DNA from: Lytechinus pictus
Taxonomy: Eukaryota
DNA: 64,000 bases
Direction of reading: 5' to 3'
Assembly (NCBI RefSeq): GCF_037042905.1
Contig: NC_087245.1
Coordinates: 17,982,001 to 18,046,000, forward strand
A model generated the notes under the pieces. That model had not been told where the DNA came from and made no database searches. It worked only from the letters and a program-made list of their open reading frames with translations. Shown in pieces: positions 25,177 through 40,100 of this stretch; position 1 is the stretch's first letter; each line of letters begins with the position of its first letter. A program made the translations under genes and the position numbers.

Positions 25177-28100
25177 GTGACTATCAATATTTTCATATTA
25201 ATTTTTTTCAAGTCTGTATTGCATGATATTAACAATAATATACCATTAATAATAATAATAATAACATACATTGTATAATACACAAAAATATATCACAAAA
25301 AATTGTATTAATACACAAAAATATATCAACAATATTAAGGATGCTCAAGGCACTCAATGAAATTCATATAAACGTAACTCACTGCAATTTACAGTTTGAC
25401 CATAAGATAATTTTTTTAACAGGTCTTGAAATGTTTTACTGATCTACAGTCCTTTAGATTTAATAGTTGGAAGACTGTTTTTAAGCATGTTAATTGTCTT
25501 AAATATGTAAATGAGACATACCCAACATTTTGACAAGTCTGAGTGTTTTAGAATTAGACGTATTCATCTGCTGTTGTATATCCCGTTGTTGTACATGTAT
25601 CTGGAGAGGTTATTTTTCCAGACAAAACTGCAATTTCACGAACTTGCAATCAATTTTTCATTGTTTTAAGTATTAAAGATAAATTCCAGTTTTGGTAACG
25701 ATCTAAAAATGACTTTTTACAGAATCTAATATAATGACCACCTAAGTGTCTGTTTGTATGAATAAAAAATATGTGCCAAAGGATTCTGGAAGAAATTGTG
25801 TAATTGCTGAGAAATAAGCAAAATAAGCGCGGATTCGGTCACTTCCGTCGGGTCTTTATTTTAGCAATAATAATACACTGTCCCACGTGTGCATATCTGT
25901 GTTGGTGATCTTCAGTGTGAACATTTTTCAGCGTAGATTTCAAGATTTCACAAAGTTCAGTTTATGTAACTGTACCAGATCTAGATCCTCGATGATATAC
26001 TGACAATTAAGCCTTGTTTTACAGACTTTCTCATGAAATCAGTGTTTACTGCAAATACTGGAATTTCTCTTTAAATGTGGATCAACGTTACAGTCCATCA
26101 ACTTTTACAATTATTTCTAATATTTGATGTTTGGTGAAAAAACCCAGATAAAAATGATTTTATCAAGATCCCCAATCGTAAATATAAAATTATTTTGAAC
26201 CTTTATGTGCATCTGATAGATTCTGATTCATATGAAAATTTAACATGTAGGCCTAATTTCATATAAAAGATTACAAATGTCAAAATGCTGTTATGGACAA
26301 CTTTCCATCCACAGTTTATTTGTATTTCAGCTGCATGTGTTAACGTTTGTGGATTTAAGTAAAATCAAATATTTTGACAGGAGAGAATGTGTTTTTACAG
26401 ATTGAAATGCATGGAGTTGAAAGCAACGTTCTCGCCAGGTTCAGTTTCACGGTTGTCGGAGCGAAGCTCCGACGTGCCGCGCAGCGGCCTCGATGCGTGC
26501 GAAGCACGCATAGGGGGGTGGGTGCGGGAGGGGGGATGTGCCCCCCTCCCGCGCGAAGCGCGGTTAGCTTTTGACATTATCCGTATCGAAGAGCTTATAT
26601 TGCAGCTAAATGCATCACATTAACCACTTTGCTGCGGCGGAAAAATGATTTTTTTCGGCGGCGTCGGCATTGAATTCTATCAGCTAATTACACACAGGTC
26701 ACAGCGCAATGTTGAACTGACAAACGAGCCGAGATTCTCGGCGAGTGGCGAGAGTTCGTGCCCCAACGTCTACCGAGCCTTGCCGTGGAATCCTGACCAT
26801 GTGGCCGTCTATTCGATTGCGTTGGTGGAATATTTGTCAATTATTAAAATTGTAGGCTTATTACTGTTCCATGTCTCGTAATCTGCATCAATGAAGAATT
26901 AAAAAGTTATTCCTTGTTTGTAACCTTGTCCGTATTAGATGTAGATTTATCTCTCTAGTACTAAGTTAGTAGTAGCCCCTTTCCTTGCAAACCGCACAAG
27001 AACCCTGCCGTTATCGTCAAAGACTTAGTGATAATCCTTCGATCGATCAAAAGGCGCAGCTAGCGCACAGGCGAAGGCTTCAAGATCTTTTTCATTAGCT
27101 ATTATTTTGCGTCTTTCGATTCAACTTTACAGTTGGATTGGACGCAGTTAATTTATAACAAATGGAATAATTATATGTATTACGAAATCGCATTTTAATG
27201 ATATCACTCGTTATTAAAAGAAAATGGGAAATTCAAGAATCTACACCTTTGGTTTTCATGTTAAAACTGAGGAAGAAAGACTGAAAGAGAGTGAGAGCAA
27301 GAGAGACACTGAAAGGTCCGAACTTGATTAAAATGAGATCAACTTGATACTCACTCTGTCATGGGTCTTTCATAATCACAAAACACGATGCATACTCATT
27401 TATTTTATGGGAAAGACTTACTGAATCGTATTTTTTGTCAAACATCTAGGTCTAACTTTTAACAAGAATACAAATCACAATTTGAGAAAAAGTAACGACT
27501 AAATATGACCATAAATAGGTCTATGATATGACATAATCATGATCGAATACACCTCTCTTTTCCAAGTACCGCTGTTCATTCTGTGTGTCCTAAAAAGGCA
27601 CTGACTGACAATAAATCCCTTATTCCCAAGGGCCTCATGAGCTTGACCACAGCCAAGGATTTTCACTGCGTAATCATGATTCGGATCATTCAATTAAGTA
27701 GGGCACGCGCCTTTGTTTACAAAACATGCCAAACATGATGCTTGTCTGCAAGTCTGCATATTCAGACTCTATTTTGCTTTGAATTTTCTCTAAATCCGCG
27801 ATTACAAGTTTTCTCAGGTTCTCATCTTTGAATCGAATCATTAGCGATATGTTGATTTAGATATACAAGTAAATTCAATATTACAGTTACAGGTTATTGG
27901 TTAACAGTACAGTGCAGCCGAATTGAAGATTAAAATTAAAGCAATTGCAAGTGTGCGTTATAGAGAAAGACTAATCACCAATTGAACGTGGTTACCAACC
28001 AAGGAAAGAAGAAGTGGTCCGATTTCTCCCCACGTGGACATCGTGGCAAATCCACATTCATGGCGAGTCTGCCCTTAGTTACGATGCCGGTGGCGCATGG

Positions 28101-31100
28101 ATGGTCAGTACCTATTCATACTTATTATCATCAACGGACCCATTTATCCCTATTTATTGACATGTTCATGATGTGATTCTATTTTGTATTTCTATTTTGT
28201 GGTAGTGCGGTATTTCTCATCGAAATCATCTTCAGGATTATATTACCGACCAAGGCAATGTATTTCATCGAACGAGCGAATTTCGAGAAATTGCATTCTA
28301 ACAACATTCCCTATTATGCGCGGGAATATGTCCTTAGAGAAGGGTAGGGGTTGCCTTCTGATTTTCCGAGTGAAAATTGGGAAGGAGGGAGAAAGAGAAA
28401 GAATTGTAAGAAAAGTAGGAAAAACAGGAGAGGTTCGGGCGGGTCGTATTATTCTGATATCTCTATAATTCACAAAATACATTACAGAAAATCACATTGT
28501 CTTACGGCTATTGCCCCCTCCGCATTTCAAGTCAAATATCCTGGCACTCAATGCTCCTGCCCTGCCCCATTGAATTTCAATCAGAATATGGCAAAAACGG
28601 GAATTTATCTTTTTTTTCTCAGAGTGATAAAACGGCTTATTATTGATTTTGTATTTGTTGTTTTTTTAACTGCAACTTTCGAGGATTTAATATTAACCAA
28701 GAACGACTGGTTTAATAATAGTGTCCATCTGAAAACTAGATAAAGACTCAAGCATTGTTTTTGGCAGATGATGACATATCCCCACTTGTTCTTATGTATT
28801 TTATTAAGGCGGCAATTGCCCTCACGAATACAATTTTTGAGCGAAGAGGAGAGAGGCCACTGCCGCCAAACACGAAGTCTCGTTAGAAAAAAAAGAAAAG
28901 GGGGAGAGACGGAGAGATATCCGCTCTGGGCGATATGCATGCAGCGCATGCTGCACAGTCATGACAGTGGGCCTTTCGAGCGAGTTGCACGCACGCTAAA
29001 TAGTAAGGGCACTGATCGAGCGAAAAGCCAGTGAATGGAGAGAAGACGGAATTTAGGAGGGTTCTCTGCTCGAAACCGAAGCAGACTCATACCCTTTTTA
29101 CACACGCTAAAATTTCCTTAACCCCGTACTATAGGTGGGGCTAAATGGCAATTTAGCCCCACCTATAGTACGGGGTTAAGCTTAGCCCACTTTCTTTTTA
29201 CACAGCATTTTTGCAAAGTGGGCTAACCCCACCTTTAGTACGGGATTATTTGGCCCTGCAAAAAAGCAGGGTTATCCCAGCAATTGCGGTGCTAAGAGCG
29301 ATAGTACGGGGTTAAGATCGCTAGTGTAAAACGAAAGTGGGCTAAGCTTAACCCCGTACTATAGGTGGGGCTAAATGGCAATTTGGCCCCACCTATAGTA
29401 CGAGGTTAAGGAAATTGTAGCGTGTGTAAAAAGGTACGAGTGAAGTACTTGTACTACGAATGATCGACAAAAACCATTAGTCCGGGGTTAGCGAGTTTCG
29501 TGTGTGAAAAGCAAGGATTCCTTATCCGGGGTTAGCAATAACAATTTGGCATGTGTAAAAAGGAAAAAAAATAGTACGGGGTTAAGGATAGTACGGGGTT
29601 AGCGATAGTCCGGGGCTAAGAAAATCCTGTGTAAAAAGGGTATCAGTGGCGAGGCTCAAATTTCTGACAAGTATGTCTTAAAAACAAAACTTTCATGATG
29701 AATCTCGTTCATTTCAAAACTTAGTAATGACAATATCTAGCGTGTTTCACGGTTGTCGGTCAGGGTTGTCGGGGACATTCACGGTTGTCGGCCAAGGCTC
29801 ACAAAACTTTCACGGTTGTCGGCGGCCGACAAAGGTGACGCGTGTTGGCGAGAACGTTGGTTGAAAGGATAGTATAAAATGTCAATTTATCAAGCCTCGA
29901 TATTAAATTCGATATGCAGCAGTGAGGCTCATCCATAATGAATGAATAATAGATGATGATTTGTATTCATCATATTCTTTTTATTATATAGTATAATGAA
30001 TGTCAAGTTTGTCATTAGAACGTGGTGCTGAATGATGATTTGGAGATTATTTTCATTTGGCCACTACATGTAGATGCCATTGTATACCAGTACATCTCAT
30101 CACACTAATGTCATCTGCAAAAACTGCTGTTGACAAATCCTGAAAACACCAAATTAATTGATTTTTTTTTAAATTCATACTCTTTATTTATATCAATCTA
30201 GGGAAATTGTTTTTCTTTTTGTTCGTCAACTTCTGGGCCCAGTTGCATAAAAGTTAATATTATGGTAACTTTGCCATACAATGGTAACTACCATGGTAAC
30301 GATGATCAACAGCCAATCAAAATCAAGGATTCCTTGCAAGTTACCATTGGATGGCAAAGTTACCATAACGTTTACTTTCTTGCAACAGGGCCCTGGTTTT
30401 CAATGTTGTTTTAATTATGTCCAATGTGTATTTTTTTCTAAAACTGAAGCGATGCTGTCAGTTTCAACTTTTTGCTGAGGTGTAGGAAAGTCTATTATTT
30501 GTCAAATGTTTCTCTTTGTTTTGCCCTTGGCACTGCTTGAATGAATTTATCAAAAAAAGATATCCAAATTAAAAGAAAAAAATCTTTAAAGATACCCATC
30601 AAATGGCACAAAAACCCTAATTCTTATTATTGCAATAATTTTTCCAAATCCAATTTTTTTTTTCATTTGATTCCCCAAAATGACGCTAATACTGCCAAAG
30701 TCATGCACTCTGCAATTTTGAATTCATCATTTAAGCTTGTGTAGAAAAGTTCCAGATCAGATTGAACAAGCACTTTTATTTCTACTTTGATGGAATATTG
30801 TGAGAAGATAATGATCTGATACATGTATTATGTTTTTTCTATTTGCAATATACAGAGGCGGTAGATGCAGTGGTTGATAGCCTGGATATGCTAGGAAACT
30901 CTACCCATGCTCAGAGTGTTGATTTACTATTTCTCAAAGAAGTGATGAAAAGTAGACTCATGAAGAACCTTATCAAGGTATGAAGAATACATTCCCTTCC
31001 ATAATTGTATCTTTGTTAAAAATGATACTTGGCCATTTTCATATGTCTATTATTAAAGCCCTCTGTCATTAGGGCAGAGCCATAAGATTTTCCTTCCAAT

Positions 31101-34100
31101 CGTCTCAACTTTTTGAACAGCCCAACTACATGTAGGCCTACAATATCATAAACTCAATAACATGTAGGTCTACTGATAAGCTGTAGTTGAATTTTTTTCA
31201 GCTGTCTGTATGATCAATGCAAAAATAACATATCTTTACCAGCAGGTGTCAATGTTATTTATTTATTTTTTTTTTTTTTTGGGGGGGGCACTCAAATTGA
31301 ATGGGAAAGGTAGAGTGCTGACAATTAAAGCAAAAGATCGACATGTATTGTCATTGCATATTAGTACTTTAAATTCATTTTGCATGTGGCAGCATATGGA
31401 ATGTCATCACATTGTTCATTCAATAAGATTTCATTTCCATTGGTTTTGTGCATGCTTTCAATTTTCTTTTTTTACTAATTCCTTCAATATCCCCTTCTTC
31501 TCTCCCAACGGGTAAATGCAGTAGGTTAAATCCAACTTCACTCTTTGCATCACAGGTTTGATCAATTTGGTTGTGAATTCTGCAACTTTTTATCATCACC
31601 CTTATCCATATTTGTTTGCATCGATTAATTCATAAACCAAAGCCAACAAAATGTGCAAAGTTTACAACCTAAAGAATCAAATTGATGATAAAGTCTTACA
31701 ATTCGCGATCATTGCTTTAAACATCGACTTCACACTAATATGTCACCTACATGTATGTTATTGGGCGTACATTTGTCTGTCCATCCTACATGTTCATTCC
31801 CAAAATACCTGCAGGTGCTTGTGTCATCAGTGGTATCACTATTACCTTTCTATTTCTAGAGGCGCTGGTTCAAAGAGAACTACTGTTATTTCACACCTTG
31901 TCCAATCCTTGACGCATTGCAACCCTGTCTTTATATACCAACCCCTAAATATTATCATGCCATTTGCAATGTTGTTACGTGATGTGTCTATCCTTGCTCT
32001 GGCTATCATTTACATGGAGCTCTTGATGCCGCATCCCGAATTCCTTTTGTGTAAGAATATCCTGGTGAGGGGGATGATTTCAAAGTAGATCTGCCATCTT
32101 TGTATTTTGAACATACACGTTTTTAATATGAATGGAAAAAATAATCTCAATATGACTATGAAATATTAAATATTGGATCGTGAACATGTACAGCTACCTA
32201 ATGAAATACAATTCATCTAGTTGATTATGCTCTTTGTTCAATGTCGAGGTTAATTGAAAATGCATACAGCGCATGATATTTCCTGATTACCCCTTGCAAA
32301 TATACAGCATCCATTCTCTCCAATGTCTATTAAACATTGACATTGCAATGGTCCATTAAGCAAAGCTAATTTATCATTTCAAGGATAATATGATCAGTTT
32401 AAATTGATTTGTCAATGTTTATCCAGTTTTAATCATCTGTCGTTTTTGTGATGACTTCAAGCTAGAAAATTTCACCTTGATACATGTAGCTTTTTTGCAT
32501 GTTTAATATATACTTATCTTTTTTTTGGGGGGGGGGGGTAATGTACTATACAAGAAAAAAAATAATTAAAAATTTGTTGTTTTTTTTCTAACTTTTCATG
32601 ATGATTTAGATTAGTGCAGTGATTTTTAATATTTCCTTGGTGCACAAGTCCAAAAGTTACATGTAACTATCCCACCCTCAATATAAACCAGGATAGGACC
32701 CAAAGCAAATGTTAACAAGTTTCATAGAGAGTTAATACAACTATTGTAACTTTGCCATTATGGCAAATACCTCATGTGGTAACATGGCTTACATACATAT
32801 ATGTAACAGCCAATCAAAATAAAATGTTTCCATGGTACTTGCCATAATTGCAAAGTTGTGTAACTTTTTATGAAATGCCCAATGATGTGTTTACACTTAC
32901 ATGTAAGTATACAAATAATGAATGTTCATGAGTGAAATGAACAGAGTAATTCATGAGATGAAAGATGAAATGATCCATTCAACAAGGTGCAGCATCTTTC
33001 ACCGAATGAAGTATTCTGTCCATTGCGCATTTGAAAAGAACATTCAATATTTGTTCATTTCATTTACCTACATGTAGGAAACATATTACGTCTAGATTAC
33101 CTTATAGACGACATTACTCATGGGTCTTTTTATAAAAGTGGAGACAATGGCAGAGTGGGGATTCGAACTCACAACCTTGCGATTATGAGTCTATTTCTCT
33201 AACCACTGGACCACATGACCCGTAAACCACCAAAGATAAACCACCAATCAATTGACACTGTCTCCATCTATAAAGTTTGGCACAGTACATTTTCTCAATT
33301 GATATGGCTCAATTCTTTACTTACTTTTTTTATGTACAGTGTATATGCAGATGAGTAGTATGCACTATGCAGCTTGTGTGCTGCCTGAATTTGTAATTGG
33401 ATGGTGAATTTAATAGTTTCTCTTTTGTATCCACTGTCATTCCAATCATGTTTTTATTACGCGTACCGGTACATGATTTTCGTTTTCGTGATGTGCATGA
33501 AAAGATATTTTCGAGATACACATTGGTTTCAAAGTGATAAACTGGCATTCCATTGGGACAGGAGTGAAATGTTACAATACATTTACAGTACATGTATGCC
33601 AGTGTATTTCTACTCTATCCATCCTAACTCAATCAATTACACTCCATTGAATTGATTCCATTTCTTATGCTGTTGCCATGGCTACCAAGCAATTGACTAG
33701 CCTCTTACGTCAAATGATTGAATAAGATCTTCATGTTGGAGCTGTCCTTTCATGACAAAGCGGGTAAAAGCTCATCGTATTCTATCTGGAATATTATCTA
33801 TGTTTACATATGGACACAGTTCTATACATTGAATACTGATTTCTTCTAGGCTGTATGTACATGTAGGACCTAATTGTTCCCATGGGCAATGGTTTGAATA
33901 ACTCCTTCCCAAAAGGCACACATACTGGCTGATTGATTAATAATTTAAAATAACAATGATGTTTATGATAATGTTGATCAATGATAATGAAGATGATAAT
34001 GATGATGATGATGATGATGAAGATGATGGTGATGATGATGATGATGAAGATAATGATGATGATGATGATGTTGGTGATGATGATGATGGGGATGATGGTG

Positions 34101-34149
34101 ATGATGATGATGATGTTGGTGATGATGATGATGGGGATGATGATGTTTG

Positions 34150-34180
<31 letters not shown>

Positions 34181-37100
34181 AAACAAAAAGAAAGAAAGGG
34201 GGAGGAAGAGATGAAAAGAAGGAGGAGGAGAGTATAAAAAAATGATACAAGTCTAAACTGAGACAGTGTGACAAAAGCCGTTGGAGGCCTTTCCCCTTAT
34301 TCCTTTTTTTATCCCTCAAACTCTGAATGTTTATCTTTCTCTATTTCTTTCTCCTCTCTTTTATCTGTTATCTTTTTTCTATCATTCACTCCCATTCTTT
34401 CTATCCGCCACTCCTATCTACAGTGTTATTCATTCTTTCTCCATTGCCTTTATCTCATACCATCTGCACTCCCTTTTTTTCATTTTCAAAGGAGGCAAAG
34501 AAGACCTCTGTATATTTTCTAAAATGTTCGCTGGAGGTATTAATTCAAAGAGAGTGGGATGGTTCTGTTTCAGGATCCAATCGTTGGTGTGCATCACAAG
34601 TGTTTACGTCAACCATCACTGATTCTCTGTCATGCTTGAAGATCAAGAGCCTACCCTCTTCCATCATTCTTCTTGTGTACATTCACACAAAGAACAAATT
34701 CTAAGTTAAATCCAGGACTTACATCTATGATAGAGATTATGTTTATTTATGTAAAGAATATTAAAGATAACATTTTTAATAGTATAAAGACTCCTGAATA
34801 TGTAATATTGGAACAATTACGGATCAATTTGTTTTTGAAATCAGAAGAAGAGGAAAAATATGAAAAGCAATATATTTTACACAAAAGAATATGAAATCAC
34901 ATTAAAAGTTCATGGCTGAAACTAGTGCTTGAGCTTTAAGACTGGTCGACATCCATCGTTTTATACTCAACATGATAAATTCTGTAAATCCATGCAGCCT
35001 GGCAATGTGTTTTTTGTGCAAGTCATCCGTCCTGATAAGATTTGTTTGAATATGATTCTTGATCCTTGAGGGGAAAAATAGATTGTAATAAGTATGTTGC
35101 ACATCAGTGATATGGAGCATCTTCAGCAGCATGTCCCGTTCAGGTGCTGTTGTCTAACTGATATGTCTCTGGAGTCTGGACAAGAGATCATAAGTTTCAG
35201 GTTTCAAAGACCATCGCAGCACAAATTTTCTTTGGCAAGGAGTTGGTCAACATTTGCCACACCAGACCCAGGTGTGGTATGATTCATGTACATGTTTTGG
35301 TATCTCGTAGAAATTGTTTCTTAGAAACGCTGAGCATTATGTATAGGTATTGGCAGTTACATGTACAATGTGTGTTAAAGTCTGGGTAATGCTTATAAAC
35401 CGGCAGGAGTGTCATAACTGGCAGATAATGTATGAACACTGTATACCCAATATTGTTATTACGTAAATGTATGTACAGGGTAGGCCTACATGTACAAAAG
35501 ATTTGTTTGTCTGAAAGGGAATAAGAGCAAGACTGTCAGATACAGAAGAGAGCGCTATGAATGTTCATGTACATCAATGTGGTGAGGGTGAAGGACGAAG
35601 ATGTGTGGATAGCAATCACGTGTTCAAGTTCAATGTCTCCTAGTTTATTGTCCATAATGCCTACATGTAGAGGTGTTTTGAGTTTGTATTCCATGGCTGC
35701 ATGTAAGGAATACCATTGCATGCATTCACACACAATGAAGATGGTATGGCCTATCTTCAGTAGATTGGAACATACTGGTATCATGTGTGTTGTAGAAGGG
35801 TGTTTGATAGCATGCATTGTACATACATGTACATGTATAACTACAATTTCTGGTAATGTAAATTACATGTACATGTGGAAGACACTCTCAAAGTGTTTGT
35901 GCTGAAAGATTTTAATACATGTACTGTATGTCTGAAAAATATATCACTGCATATCACATGCTCTATTAACTGTACATCCAGGAATGCATGTATGGGACTA
36001 TTTGCATATTTTGAGACCTTTTTATTGTAGCATTATTTGCTTAAAGAACTTATAAAAAAAACTTGAGTATTAAATTAAAAGCTCATTAAAATTTATTTTC
36101 AGCTCAAACACCTGTGTTATTCCCTTATTACAAAATAGTAGATATCGGGGACTTAATTACACATGCACCAATGTGCAGTCTCTTTTGAATTCCTTTCTAT
36201 ACCAACTTGTATTAGAATCCAATCACAGTAACTTTTCTGCACCATTCCACGGAATGAAACCAGAGGCACAGTACATGTACATAAAAACGTGCAACTCAAT
36301 CTTTTCAAAGCATAATGTCAACATACTTCATCTGTACATGTATATGATTAATGGATTATGCTTTAGATTGTAACTCATATAATTTCTTTTATAATTTGCA
36401 GTTTTGCTGAAGATCTCCATCCTGGATTCCATTCTTTAAACTCTTATTGAGGTTTTGGTTTCCTGGAAGAATTTCTTTCAATTAGGCAGACTATCATCCA
36501 CTTTGTTATATCTTTGTAAAATGTAAGATAATTCATGTAGATCTACATGTATAGATAAAATAGATTTCATGTGTTTATATGTGAACGCCTGTATAGGTGA
36601 CCATGTGTTCATTCTCTCCATCATCAATCATGATGATGGTGATTGGCTCATGGCTGGGAGATAAATGAGATTGGTGATATCAAGAACTAGCAGTTTGCTC
36701 AGGTGTCGATAGACAGTACATGACCACTGCTGTTTCTGCTGTTTGGTATGACTGGTATTTAGGTGTGGGAGTAGAATATTGTTTACAAGAATATGAACTT
36801 CCACAAGTAAATGGTTAAAATGGCCTTGAGAAAGTAGTTTGTCCCACATATAACTATTGAAAAGGTCTACTTGTATGATGTTCATTGCTTGCATCTGGGG
36901 GCTGATTAGCAAAAAGTGTGTTTAATGCTTTAATTGCCAACGTGCACACAAGATATAACTTTTATACTTCAAATGAGCACATCCCCTGAGAGTGATCAGA
37001 GTGGTACATGTGTAGGTCCTTAGTCCTACCGTAAATGTGAATGTTATTGTTAGGCCCCTACAAAAAAATTTTATAAAATTTCCTTGCCCGATAAAAAAAA

Positions 37101-40100
37101 CTGCTTGCCCAATTTTTTTCATTATTCTTTTGCTCTTAGTTATTTTTTCTCATGATGGTGCTAGAATGTCTACACTGAATTTGAAGGTCAAGAGAAATAA
37201 CTGCTAATGAGAATCATGTAAAGAACACGTTTACCTGTCTAGTCTATTTTCAGCAAATTCATGACATCAGTTCTTATTGCCATCATAGACATGGATCTGC
37301 CAATTTTTACTCAGTTTCGCTAGTAGCTTCACTCACACTACCTTTGTAGACAATAAAACTATAAAATCACTGCCTATTGTGATGACAAAAATCAACAATT
37401 TTAGTCTTACGACTGATTATTCACTCGGTTGGGAATGATCACGAATCTTGAAGCTGAGTCACGAAGTTGCAGCGTGTTCGAGAATCGGCTGGCTCGCTCA
37501 TATGTAGCGCCGATGTACATGTATGAAGCATGTGCACACAGGGCGAAATAAGGGGTTTCCCTAGCCCTTCGTCATCTGCAAATTGCGAGTTAGTACATGT
37601 ACATGTAGCTCATGTGCACAGTGTATTGTAGAACGTAAGATGGCAGCCCCCATAGGGTTCTTCAAACCTAGTGATAGTATGACCCGGGGGGGGGGGGCCA
37701 CTTACATTGACGAGTGGATACCATGCACGACCAAAAAAACACGTAAAAAGGATGTCTTTTTCAAGATAGGGCACGTTACGTATGTAACGTGATAAGGGTG
37801 TCAAAAACACAAAAATATTGAAAAAAGGGTATCTATTTCACTCAGAAAAATATACGTCTTTAGGGTCAAATATGCGGGGATGATAAAACAAAATCAAAAT
37901 TTTTTATAAAGGATGTCCTTTTTGCCCCAACGTTCAACACAGCTACGTGTTTAGAGTCTGATTTGCACGAGGTGTGATAGGTGGTCCGTGCTAAACCAAA
38001 ATAATGGTGTGTAAAGGTAAAACCGACGACCGACGGACACGTGACATAACAATAAAATATCGCTGTACTTGTTTAGGGGTTCATTTCAGGAAATACTTGC
38101 CAAGAGTATCGTTTTGTTTCTAATACTTGTTAAGGGGTGCATTTTTCAGAATATGGAAAATACATCGCTGTACTTGTTTAGGGGCTCAATTCTGGGAATA
38201 CTTGCCAAAAGTATTTGTTTCCAATACTTGTTAAGGGTAGGGTTTCACACGCCAATACTTAATAAGGGACGCATTTTCAGAATATGGAAAATACGTGTTT
38301 AGGGTGCTTTTCAAGACTCCGTGGTCGCGCATGGTATCCACTCGTCAATGGTAGTGGCCCCCCCCCCCCCCCCCCCCCCCGGGTAGTATGAGAGAGAATT
38401 GGCCGATAATTGTGATTTATCCAAAAGTTAGTGAAATTTACTATCGTTTTATTTCATTTTTTTGTTTTAGAAACAACCACTTGCCCGATCAGGCAATCAA
38501 CTTTGAGAAATGCTTTCCCGCCCATTATTTTACTTGCCCCGGGCAAGCAGGCAAGTGGGTTTGTCGCAGCCTGAATGAACATTATGTAAACTTATGTACA
38601 TTTACAGTGTATACAACAGAATTTTCGTTACACTTGGTAAATCTCTATGCAACTGTTCCCTGATAATTATACCAATAACCCTCATGCTGTATTGAACTGA
38701 AAATTTTCTAGGCCTGTTGGTTGTTGTAATGGTAGCTTTTGTAGTCAATATCTCATATTCTGTCAAAATCAGATGAGCTAATTTGCTTGTAATGAGTAAA
38801 AAAATCATTACCGGATGCAGTGTTGACCACAAAGTAAATTCTAATGAATGTCACTGGGGATAATCATTTATTGTATGAGGGTGGAGTAAATAATGCATTA
38901 ATTAGGGATACTCATCCCTAGAGAGGTATATAACTAGTAATGGCCTGGTGGGGGTTGCCTTAAGCTGTTAAGAGTAACTTTAAAAACGACTGGGGAATCT
39001 TTCTTACATGCTAAATCACCAATGAAAATTTAATTGTAAATATCATTTATCACAAGAAAGGATCACCATTCATTTCTTAAAACCCTGCTAAAGTGACATT
39101 AATTTTGTAGTATCCTTCTGGGTATTCCACTCCAGTTTAATCCTCAAGCCCAATAGAAGACTCCTTCTTTATTATTGAAATTTACATCTCGTCATACATG
39201 TACAGTACATGTAAACTTTGCCCTGGGCAGTAAACTGCTTCATGACTGATTTGCTACCTACTGCACATGTTTTATTAAGACATCAAAGTCCACTTTTTTC
39301 TCTTGAACAAAGCAACAACAACATCAACTTGTGTTGTATTTTAAGTTTTTGCAATTTCATTTCCTGACATGTACAAATTTGACAAAGTAGTTTTAAAAAT
39401 CAAAATCTATTTAAAACTACTTTGAAGAAAAACAGGCTATGATATCTACAGTATGTTTCCCACGTAAATGGAAGTTGATATGCGCATCCAAGCAACTGCA
39501 GAGCAAAAATCAATCATTTATTGTGGCTGCTGTATTTAGTCATGATGCCTTGCATTTTCCAAGTACAAACTGAGATCAAATTGGTAGTGTTGCTTTACAC
39601 TTCATTAAACTGATGAAGTCAGTCAAGTATTCCATTGAAGCTTTCAACCTAATTCAGACACTGTACATGTACATGTATATGGTGCAACAACGTTTGTGCA
39701 TTTTCCTCAAAAGTTCATACATTTTTAAATGATTACCCCACAATATAGGTCTAAAAAACTGCTCAAAGTCACTCAGGCAAACTCATGCATCAAAGGTTGA
39801 TTTCTTTATGATCCCATTTATGCTAGTTTGTGAAGAATTTGATTGATCAGTATTTAAAAGGCAAGTGGGAAAAATTAATTTTGGGTACCTAATATAAACT
39901 TTGTACTAAAATGCTGCTGAACTATACCATATCTGAACAAGCCTTGTAGTGGAATGAAGATTGTGAGGATGTCTAATTGGCAACAAGCTGGAGCAACCAT
40001 GGCGCTGCAACCCCTATCCATCCTTCAATTACCAGTCTATGATGATCTAACCTCCAATGATCTTTATTGATTCCTAAATTACCAGGGACAGTTACGAGAA

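Noticed and set aside
33149..33220. tRNA-Met(CAT)-like sequence on the minus strand
   Set aside because: The acceptor and anticodon stems do not pair; it is better explained as a SINE head.
33794..34319. Poly-Asp/His/Met/Ile ORFs
   Set aside because: These are translations of the (GAT)n microsatellite, with no splice or homology support.
39954..40070. Short ATG ORF (MKIVRMSNWQQAG...) in the 15.5-kb intron as an alternative N-terminus
   Set aside because: It stops after 38 codons without a usable donor and has no recognisable similarity.
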